Virus record (IMG/VR): IMGVR_UViG_3300025120_000062
Span: 1-56,926 of that record
Source: a virus
Taxonomy: Duplodnaviria; Caudoviricetes
Strand: one strand, 5' to 3'
Length of the DNA: 56,926 nt
Position numbers and translations under genes: made by a program. Shown in pieces: positions 37,978-44,447 of this stretch. The notes under the pieces are model-generated. The model searched no databases. It worked only from the letters and a program-made list of their open reading frames with translations, and was not told the origin of the DNA. Every line of letters starts with the position of its first letter. Position 1 is the first letter of the stretch.

Positions 37978-38413
37978 CACCTATTATAAAAAAAGCTGCA
38001 CCTATTATAAAAAAGATTTCTGACAGCATTTGCTTTTGCATTTGCTTTTTCACAGCAACTCTCCCTCCCCCCTTCTCTTATATATATGTTACCACCACAT
38101 CATTACGAATCGAGCCAATGGAGAATGGCACACGCTGTGAATCGCATCTGAGCTTTAGCCGTGGCAACTTCTTATATATATTGGACTTGCAATCTGTAGC
38201 AATCGAGGTAATGCAGAAACTCTGGGCAGGGGACTGGGCTGGGTATTTATATACATATTGCCCATATAATCTGTAGGGATCGAGGTAATGGAGAATGCAA
38301 AACTCTGAGCTGGAGACTGGGTGCTACTTTTATATATACATATTGCCCATATAATCTGTAGGGATCGAGGTAATGGAGATTAAAAAAGAATGTGAAACAA
38401 CAAAAGAAGGTGA

Positions 38414-38437
38414 GGTTCTGCCCAAACGAGCAGAACC
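38414..38437 (-). terminator. probable terminator of cassette 2
   Basis: GGTTCTGC/GCAGAACC stem followed by a T-rich tail on the minus strand. Confidence 0.6.
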
Positions 38438-38457
38438 AAGAAAATTAAATACTTCAC

Positions 38458-38772
38458 TTAGTCGGTTAGCATAGTTTGCATTGTGTGCCAAGCATCGGAG
38501 GTATTATCAACTATAATTTTTGCTCCGTCGTACCAATCCAAGAACCAATACTCTAACCGATGTAATTGTTTGTGCTCGTTTACATATCCTCGCAGCTCAT
38601 CTCCTGGACCACCCCACGAAAATTGCCAACGCCAATACCCTTCGGGTTGACTGTCCCAGGTATGCGGTTCAACATAATCGAACCCGAGAGACTCAAACTC
38701 TGGATCTTTTAAATCTTCTTGTCTGTCGACCCAGTGTCCCTGGACTCTTTGTTCACATGATTTTTGTTTCAT
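38458..38772 (-). CDS. hypothetical protein (cassette 2, Trp-rich)
   Basis: 104 aa; YWRWQFSWGGPGDELR...EYWFLDWYDGA; AAGGAG RBS; own promoter. Confidence 0.75.
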   Translation of the reverse strand: MKQKSCEQRVQGHWVDRQEDLKDPEFESLGFDYVEPHTWDSQPEGYWRWQFSWGGPGDELRGYVNEHKQLHRLEYWFLDWYDGAKIIVDNTSDAWHTMQTMLTD

Positions 38773-38788
38773 TCTTCATTCTCCTTTT

Positions 38789-38823
38789 ATCCTATTAATA
38801 TAGGACATTAACGCAGCTGTCAA
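38789..38823 (-). promoter_or_regulatory. sigma70-type promoter with operator palindrome
   Basis: TTGACA-17bp-TATTAA, with the -10 inside ATCCTATTAATATAGGA. Confidence 0.7.
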
Positions 38824-39094
38824 GCAGCTTATATTACCATCGTAGCTCCTGCCGTGCTGCTTTTATATATAATAGTGCCTAGATCCGTGATAAATCGAGC
38901 CGATGGAGAACGGCTTCTAGACATCACCAAACAGCTGCCGGCTTCTTTTATATAGGATAGTGGTACAAAATGACGATAAATCGAGCCAATGGAGAACGGA
39001 CTTTAACATCTCACACGCATCTTCCAGGGGGGTACTTTTAAATATAGAGTATTAGTATGAAGGGGATTGATTTACGGACAATGGAGATTGATGA

Positions 39095-39285
39095 AGGGGA
39101 AGGGCGATATCATCATTACTGCAGAAACCTTCCCCTAGATCTAGAGTTCCTATTATACAACTATTGTCACTCCTAACCAAATCAGAATACAGATCAACCT
39201 TAACGCTACACAGAGAGGATTGATTAAGTAAATACCCAGCATCAATAAAGATGCGTGTAGTCTTAACATTACATTCTGTATTCAT
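39095..39285 (-). ncRNA. candidate structured small RNA (cassette 3)
   Basis: starts at the predicted TSS; nested stems 39275-83/39185-93, 39255-60/39206-11 and 39250-54/39239-43; 3' stem 39128-36/39095-103. Confidence 0.55.
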
Positions 39286-39320
39286 ATCCTATTAATATAG
39301 GATAATGGAGAACTTGTCAA
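39286..39320 (-). promoter_or_regulatory. sigma70-type promoter with operator palindrome
   Basis: TTGACA-17bp-TATTAA; ATCCTA-TTAATA-TAGGAT inverted repeat. Confidence 0.7.
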
Positions 39321-39518
39321 ATGTTTTTACCTGGAAGCACACCTGAGCTGCCGGTTTCTTTTATATATAGTATTAGTGCAAAAAGATTAGGTCAGCTGTA
39401 ATGGAGAACAGTCAGGATAATCAGCCACGCCACGGGCTTGCGGATCCAGGGGGCTTTTATATAAATAATCAAGGCTATAAGTAAAGTTGCCAAGAGGCAA
39501 TGGAGAAATATGCTTAAC

Positions 39519-39555
39519 ATCTCATTAATATAGGATAAAGAAGTGCAGCTGTCAA
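39519..39555 (-). promoter_or_regulatory. variant promoter/operator with no obvious cargo
   Basis: TTGACA-17bp-TATATT; ATCTCA-TTAATA-TAGGAT. Confidence 0.5.
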
Positions 39556-39584
39556 GCCCCATCCGGCATCTCCTGCAGCTTTTA

Positions 39585-40028
39585 TTATGTATCTATAGCC
39601 ACGGGCGATGATTCCCCGTAATGGAGAACAGGGTCCAGACATCTCAGCAGGAGCTCCTGGTCCCATGGATAAGGTATTATGGCCATGGGAGGAGTATCTA
39701 GTCCCGTAATGGAGATTTCACGGGCATTGGCTCCCGAATATATGTAGAGCCCCCTCCCCCCGAGGGCCTCTGCCATAATGAAGTTATTCCCACCTGCCAT
39801 ATTATAGCTGTAATTCCACGCAATTTGCTTCGGCGTTATACTTATCTTTTTCACACGGGTACATTTTAACTCTGCCCAAAACATGACGGAATCACCCATA
39901 TCATTCTTAAAAACACCGTGTAAATCAGGTACTCCTGGAGAACTTGTAGATTCAATTCTAGTCCAATGTATTCTCGGAGTGACTTCTTTCAGTTTTTTCC
40001 AAAATCTAGTCTCAGGTTTTGCTACCAT
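39585..40028 (-). CDS. VRR-NUC-like / Holliday-junction resolvase-like PD-(D/E)XK nuclease
   Basis: PETRFW...TRIES...GVPDL...FWAELK...PKQIAW. Confidence 0.7.
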   Translation of the reverse strand: MVAKPETRFWKKLKEVTPRIHWTRIESTSSPGVPDLHGVFKNDMGDSVMFWAELKCTRVKKISITPKQIAWNYSYNMAGGNNFIMAEALGGRGLYIYSGANAREISITGLDTPPMAIIPYPWDQELLLRCLDPVLHYGESSPVAIDT

Positions 40029-40170
40029 GCATCACCATTAGCTTTGGTTTACTCAACAATAAATCTTTATGATGCTTATCCCACATCTCATAAAAACCAT
40101 ACTTATTATCTTTTACGTTATTTTTAACTCTGCTTAATTTAGTCAATCGTGTTGTTTTTAGTTTATCCAT
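40012..40170 (-). CDS. small hypothetical protein (52 aa)
   Basis: MDKLKTTRLTKLSRVK...; overlaps both neighbours. Confidence 0.45.
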   Translation of the reverse strand: MDKLKTTRLTKLSRVKNNVKDNKYGFYEMWDKHHKDLLLSKPKLMVMHGSKT

Positions 40171-41167
40171 TTCTTTCTGCCTCCAATATTGATAGTGCTA
40201 TGTAGTAAGGTATTTGTGGTACAAGACTATTACCTAATGATTTAAGTCTGTCCATTGTGTCGGGTAACCCATCAGCCACTCTACCCACGTTGGGTTCAAC
40301 TTTCCACCAGGCGCTCCCTCTTGATATGCCATCTCTGTTTCCAAATACTTCTTGTGTCTCAGTTTTGCCATGTTCTCTGTCAATCTCATATTCATCCCTA
40401 TAGCTGCTCTCGGTGTCGGCCACATTGCCACTTTCTCCTCTAATTTTGCTCCTAGAAAACCTCTCTTCTTTACTCTTTTCTGTGTTGAGTTTAAATTTTC
40501 GTTCATGGCTGCTGATGCTCTCGGTGTCGGCCATAATCTTGGTTCCATCACTTGATCCTGAAGTCGTATCTGTATTTGGTGACCAGAACTCCTCTTCAAA
40601 TGTCCCTGATCTAATGCCTTCTTGATCCCCGGTAGATTGGATCCACCCACCACGTGATCGGGAGTCCTCCACATTTTTGTTTGCAATGATCCAGATTCTT
40701 TCCCTTTTGTGGTTGGCACCGACGCTAGCAGCTGAAATACTAAACGTCCTTGTGGAGTAACCTTCACTCTCCAAGTTCTCGAGGACTGTGTCGAGACCGA
40801 GTTTAATGTGTCCAGCAACGTTTTCTCCAATAACCCAAGTTGGCCTGAGTTCTTTGATAAGTCTAAACATTTCTGGCCAAACGTGTCTCGGATCTTGCTC
40901 ACCTTTTTGCTTACCTGCAACGGAGAAAGGTTGGCAAGGGTATCCTCCTGTGATAATGTCGATTTTATTAATTCCATTTGATTTAAGTTTTTCACTATTT
41001 AACTCCTTTACATCTTCATATATTGGCACAAGAGGCCAATGCTTTCTTAATACTTGTTGTGGAAACTTACTGTAATCACAAAAAGCTACTGTTTCAAATT
41101 CTCCTGTTGCTTCTAGTCCTAAACTAAAACCACCAATACCAGAAAATAGATCTAAATGTTTATACAT
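40163..41167 (-). CDS. DNA (cytosine-5)-methyltransferase, alpha-type subunit
   Basis: motif I LDLFSGIGG, IV GYPCQPFS, VI ENV, VIII RERIW, X DRLKSLGNS; motif IX is missing in this frame; likely start MYKHL at 41167. Confidence 0.9.
   Translation of the reverse strand: MYKHLDLFSGIGGFSLGLEATGEFETVAFCDYSKFPQQVLRKHWPLVPIYEDVKELNSEKLKSNGINKIDIITGGYPCQPFSVAGKQKGEQDPRHVWPEMFRLIKELRPTWVIGENVAGHIKLGLDTVLENLESEGYSTRTFSISAASVGANHKRERIWIIANKNVEDSRSRGGWIQSTGDQEGIRSGTFEEEFWSPNTDTTSGSSDGTKIMADTESISSHERKFKLNTEKSKEERFSRSKIRGESGNVADTESSYRDEYEIDREHGKTETQEVFGNRDGISRGSAWWKVEPNVGRVADGLPDTMDRLKSLGNSLVPQIPYYIALSILEAERNG
40234..40995 (-). CDS. C5-methyltransferase beta-type subunit in an alternative frame (EcoHK31I-like)
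   Basis: 253-aa nested same-strand ORF ending LNPTWVEWLMGYPTQWTD (motif IX-like); WRTP/WPTP/WPTP repeats. Confidence 0.75.
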   Translation of the reverse strand: MKNLNQMELIKSTLSQEDTLANLSPLQVSKKVSKIRDTFGQKCLDLSKNSGQLGLLEKTLLDTLNSVSTQSSRTWRVKVTPQGRLVFQLLASVPTTKGKESGSLQTKMWRTPDHVVGGSNLPGIKKALDQGHLKRSSGHQIQIRLQDQVMEPRLWPTPRASAAMNENLNSTQKRVKKRGFLGAKLEEKVAMWPTPRAAIGMNMRLTENMAKLRHKKYLETEMAYQEGAPGGKLNPTWVEWLMGYPTQWTDLNH

Positions 41168-41561
41168 CTTTGGGTATAAAGATAGGACTGTGTCCACCTT
41201 TAGCCGCAAGTTCTGTATCTATATATTTAAACTCTTCTTTGTTTCTAACAGAGTGTCCTGTGTAAACAATATCCCTTAATTGTATAGGTGAAATCATTTC
41301 ATGTGTTCTATCTGTAAATACAATAACATACACATGAGTTTCACTTGATATTGTTTTAACTTTCCAGCGTTTAAATCGGTGAACAGTTTTGTTATATGAT
41401 TTAGATATATATTCTTCCATTTTAGATTTACCTAAAATGCGTTTATCATCATCTTCAAATAAAACACGCCAAATAGGCTCTTCAAACAAATTTGTTCCTG
41501 GATTAATATCTCCTTCATTATCTTGTAAAATGCCTTTTATTTTTTTACTCATGCTGTCCAA
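41160..41561 (-). CDS. hypothetical protein
   Basis: 133 aa; overlaps the MTase start. Confidence 0.6.
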   Translation of the reverse strand: MDSMSKKIKGILQDNEGDINPGTNLFEEPIWRVLFEDDDKRILGKSKMEEYISKSYNKTVHRFKRWKVKTISSETHVYVIVFTDRTHEMISPIQLRDIVYTGHSVRNKEEFKYIDTELAAKGGHSPIFIPKDV

Positions 41562-41776
41562 CTCGCTCTCTTGATTCTTGCGTCGGAACTAGGCATTCTT
41601 TTTACACTAGCATCTTTCATCCTTTGTATTAACTTGTCACCGAACTTGGAAAAGAATATCTGAAACAAAGGATTATTTTCTGATTTCTTCTTTCCAAAAA
41701 ATGAAATATCGAGTTGATCACAGATCGTCTCGAACTCGGCTTTTGATAAGCCGATTGTTATATAAGGTCTTGCCAT
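41549..41776 (-). CDS. hypothetical protein
   Basis: likely start MARPYITIG at 41776, just downstream of a predicted promoter. Confidence 0.55.
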   Translation of the reverse strand: MARPYITIGLSKAEFETICDQLDISFFGKKKSENNPLFQIFFSKFGDKLIQRMKDASVKRMPSSDARIKRASWTA

Positions 41777-41778
41777 GT

Positions 41779-41811
41779 ATCCCACATTATCCTAATACAT
41801 GGGATTGTCAA
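41779..41811 (-). promoter_or_regulatory. promoter with ATCCCA...TGGGAT inverted repeat
   Basis: TTGACA-16bp-TAATGT; ATCCCA/ATCCTA...TGGGAT half-sites. Confidence 0.55.
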
Positions 41812-41817
41812 ATACTT

Positions 41818-42285
41818 TTATTTGTCAGGAATTTCAGTAACTTCAGCATCTTCTATATTAATGCTAAATTGTTTTTCTATTTCTTTAAGTTTTTCTTCTA
41901 CCTCAACCTTAGATAGTTGATCAATAGATCCTGTCAATATTTCTTTTCTGTCAATATAAAGTCCTGCAGCTTGACCTCTAGATTTCTCAGCTGCCACTGC
42001 TGCCGCCCAATTGCCATCTCCTTCAGCTCCTCTAGACAAATCATCTAATCGTTTAATGTGTCTAGAATAACTAACTTTATACTTTTCTTGCCATTCTCTA
42101 CGAAGTTTTTCAATTTCTTCTACTACAAGAGGAAACATTTTAGGGTTTTGTAAATTTGATGCCTGTTGTTTACAAGCTTTTTCAGAATAGCCTGCTTCTT
42201 TTGCACAATCTGATGCTGACATTCTATCGCCTTTGCTGACAATAAGAGTAGCAAACTTTATTTGTTTTGGTGTTAATTTATTCAT
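41818..42285 (-). CDS. terS: terminase small subunit
   Basis: LTPKQIKFA...AKEAGYS...ASNL HTH followed by a helical oligomerisation region and GLY. Confidence 0.7.
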   Translation of the reverse strand: MNKLTPKQIKFATLIVSKGDRMSASDCAKEAGYSEKACKQQASNLQNPKMFPLVVEEIEKLRREWQEKYKVSYSRHIKRLDDLSRGAEGDGNWAAAVAAEKSRGQAAGLYIDRKEILTGSIDQLSKVEVEEKLKEIEKQFSINIEDAEVTEIPDK

Positions 42286-42373
42286 ATAGTTGTATATACA
42301 ATATATATATTTAAAAATAAATCATTTATTTCTTATACGAGGCATGATAGTAAACTATATGCCTATGGGATAG

Positions 42374-42474
42374 GGTTACCTTGGTTACCTGGTCCAATAG
42401 CCATGAGTAACCAATAAGTAACCGATAAAACATAGTAAATTCAATGAGTTACTTCAAAAGTTACCTCGGTTACC
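42374..42474. repeat. GTTAC(C) iteron-like cluster, candidate replication origin
   Basis: seven copies in both orientations, flanked by very AT-rich tracts, at the minus-to-plus transcription switch. Confidence 0.6.
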
Positions 42475-42605
42475 TCATTTTCAATAAAAAAAGCAAAAGT
42501 AAAAAAGAAAATAATTCCTGAACAACTATAAGATAAAAATACTTCTCTAACTCTTATTTCTAGTGTATTATTTCGCTGTTATAACACAAAATAAAAGGAA
42601 CAAAT

Positions 42606-42851
42606 ATGCCAAATAAAAAAATGTCCCCAGGGGAAATGAAAGCTAGAACAGGTAAAACTAAATCAAGATTTACAGGATCAAAAGGAGTTATGCCATTAGT
42701 TGGAGCTTCAGCAGGATTAACAGCAGGAGTGCTTGCAAAAGCTTTTAAAGCAGCTAAGGAACTAAAACCATCAGGTAGACTAAATCTTGATGATATTAAA
42801 AGACAATTAAAACCAATGAAACCATCAAAACCATTAAAACCAAAGAAATAA
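42606..42851 (+). CDS. small basic protein, paralogue 1
   Basis: MPNKKMSPGEMKARTGK...SGRLNLDDIKR; AAGGA RBS. Confidence 0.75.
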   Translation: MPNKKMSPGEMKARTGKTKSRFTGSKGVMPLVGASAGLTAGVLAKAFKAAKELKPSGRLNLDDIKRQLKPMKPSKPLKPKK

Positions 42852-42860
42852 AAGATTAAT

Positions 42861-43082
42861 ATGCCAAATAAAAAAATGTCCCCAGGGAAAATGAAAGCCA
42901 TGACAGGTAAAGCAACATCCAAAGCAGGAACAACATTAATTGGAGGAGTTGCAGGATTAACAGCAGGAAGCTTAATAAAAGCTTTTAAAGCAGCTAAGGA
43001 ACTAAAACCATCCGGTAGAATAAATCTTGATGATATGCGTCGAGCAGTAAAAAACATGAATAAAGCAAAGAAAAAGGATTAA
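42861..43082 (+). CDS. small basic protein, paralogue 2 (recent tandem duplicate)
   Basis: long identical DNA blocks shared with 42606..42851. Confidence 0.75.
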   Translation: MPNKKMSPGKMKAMTGKATSKAGTTLIGGVAGLTAGSLIKAFKAAKELKPSGRINLDDMRRAVKNMNKAKKKD

Positions 43083-43083
43083 T

Positions 43084-43233
43084 ATGAAGGGCGTAAAACA
43101 TTATACTAAAGATGGCAAAGAGTACAAAGGAAAAACTCATAAACACAAAGATGGAACTTTAATGACAGGTGCCACTATGACTAAAAAAAGTAAAAAACTT
43201 GTTCATTACAAAGACATTAAAAAGAAAAAATAA
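43084..43233 (+). CDS. small Lys/His-rich protein (49 aa)
   Basis: MKGVKHYTKDGKEYKGKTHKHKDGTLMTGATMTKKSKKLVHYKD...; AAGGA RBS. Confidence 0.65.
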   Translation: MKGVKHYTKDGKEYKGKTHKHKDGTLMTGATMTKKSKKLVHYKDIKKKK

Positions 43234-43364
43234 TGCCTATTTCTAGACTACAAATGCCTAAACAACTGAAAGGCAACAGAACTAAGAAACTTAAACAACA
43301 AGCAGCAACAGCCATTGCTATAAAAAAGCGTGGCATTCAACCGAAAAGGAAACAATATGCCTAG
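43233..43364 (+). CDS. small basic protein (43 aa)
   Basis: MPISRLQMPKQLKG...KQQAATAIAIKKRG; TAATG coupling. Confidence 0.6.
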   Translation: MPISRLQMPKQLKGNRTKKLKQQAATAIAIKKRGIQPKRKQYA

Positions 43365-43611
43365 TGATAAAGAACTACAATACCTAAAAATGATTGAAAA
43401 ACTTAAAAAACAAATAAAAGCTGATAAATCTAAAGTTGGTTTTGGTAATACCCCAGGGGAAAGAAAAGCTATAACAGGTAAAGCAGAAAAGATTAAACCT
43501 AAATCTGAAAGAAAGCTTACAAAACCATTAAGACCATTAACAAGACTTGAGATGGAAAGAATGAAAAGGGATAAACCTTTTAGAAGACAACCAAAAAACC
43601 CAAAAAGATAA
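43357..43611 (+). CDS. small basic protein, paralogue 3
   Basis: ATG at 43357 after AAAGGAAACAAT; TPGERKAITGK motif; ends PKNPKR. Confidence 0.65.
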   Translation: MPSDKELQYLKMIEKLKKQIKADKSKVGFGNTPGERKAITGKAEKIKPKSERKLTKPLRPLTRLEMERMKRDKPFRRQPKNPKR

Positions 43612-43621
43612 AGGAAACAAT

Positions 43622-43837
43622 ATGCCAACTAATAAACCAACACTTATAATAAATATTAAAAAAACAGCAAAAAGAAAGCCTGGTACAGGAATGTCACCTG
43701 GTGAGCTTAAAGCTAAAATAGGAAAAAGCGTTATAGGAAAAGCTAAAAAACCAAAAAGCACTCCTTTTCCTGAAAAGTTAAACAACATTATTAAAAAAAG
43801 ATTAAAAAAAATTAAACCAAAAAACCCAAAAAGATAA
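43622..43837 (+). CDS. small basic protein, paralogue 4
   Basis: same leader AAAGGAAACAATATGCC; MSPGELKAKIGK; ends PKNPKR. Confidence 0.65.
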   Translation: MPTNKPTLIINIKKTAKRKPGTGMSPGELKAKIGKSVIGKAKKPKSTPFPEKLNNIIKKRLKKIKPKNPKR

Positions 43838-44188
43838 GTGAAAACACCTAAACTACCAGAATTTGTGGTTATGGGTCCATTTAAAGTCTTTTTAAGGCTC
43901 GTGAGCCACGATCTATCGTACGAGGTAAGTGAACAGCAGGGGTCATTTCACTCCAAACCTCCACTTACCATCGTTCTAGACGAAAATATCATGGCCATGG
44001 AAAGCGAAACTACTTTTAATTTACTAGTACATGAGTTATTTCACCTATGTTATTATCAATACAATCTAGATAAGGACAAAGACGAAGAAGTCTTAGTCAA
44101 CGCTTACGCAAACTTTACAACAGAATTATTAACTAGAAGTAATCTTAAAGAATATTTAACATATCTCATTACAAAGAAAACCCACTAA
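43838..44188 (+). CDS. small HExxH zincin-like metallopeptidase
   Basis: LLVHELFH followed by a distal EE. Confidence 0.6.
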   Translation: MKTPKLPEFVVMGPFKVFLRLVSHDLSYEVSEQQGSFHSKPPLTIVLDENIMAMESETTFNLLVHELFHLCYYQYNLDKDKDEEVLVNAYANFTTELLTRSNLKEYLTYLITKKTH

Positions 44189-44403
44189 TGATTATTAAAT
44201 TTTTCTTAGTAGGATTTTTTTGTGTATCAACTAATGATTGTATTAGAGTATCAGGAGCGTCAGGATTCGATAGCTACGAAGATTGCGTACGATATGCCAA
44301 TGCTGTAGAAAAAAATGTGCTAGACTATACAAAAGGTAAAGCTGTAGAACTAGAACTAAATTGTATTGATGCATACGAACTACCTAGAATAAACTTTATT
44401 TAA
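44188..44403 (+). CDS. small Cys-containing hypothetical protein
   Basis: 71 aa; hydrophobic N-terminus; C...C...FDSYEDC...C. Confidence 0.6.
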   Translation: MIIKFFLVGFFCVSTNDCIRVSGASGFDSYEDCVRYANAVEKNVLDYTKGKAVELELNCIDAYELPRINFI

Positions 44404-44447
44404 ACTAGAACTAAAGAATCGTAAATGTCCTGCCCATATAGGTTTTC

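Larger units (their letters stand above)
38077..39715 (+). repeat. array of degenerate ~90-bp direct repeats (GC box / TTTTATATA / AATGGAGA)
   Basis: AATGGAGA-type boxes at 38117, 38210, 38287, 38372, 38902, 38988, 39080, 39304, 39400, 39499, 39620 and 39708; exact 47-bp duplication 38248-38294 = 38333-38379. Confidence 0.9.

Noticed and set aside
37978-38049. Short tandem duplications CACCTATTATAAAAAA x2 and GCATTTGCTTTT x2
   Set aside because: Only two copies each; consistent with local slippage at the array edge, so not treated as a separate system.
39052-39285. 77-aa ORF in the track
   Set aside because: The start coincides with the predicted TSS, there is no RBS or protein features, it runs through an array unit, and the pairing pattern fits an RNA better. 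A leaderless ORF is not formally excluded.
38077-39715. CRISPR array or mini-array interpretation of the repeats
   Set aside because: Repeats are degenerate and bipartite, linkers resemble each other, the period is irregular with genes interleaved, and no cas genes are present.
38117-39715. CsrB/RsmY-like sponge RNA (many AUGGA motifs)
   Set aside because: Motifs are ~90 nt apart and not in short hairpin loops, and the local promoters point the other way.
42560-43788. Minus-strand ORFs 42560..43057, 43248..43628 and 43537..43788
   Set aside because: Antisense shadows of the plus-strand basic peptides, which have RBSs and paralogy.
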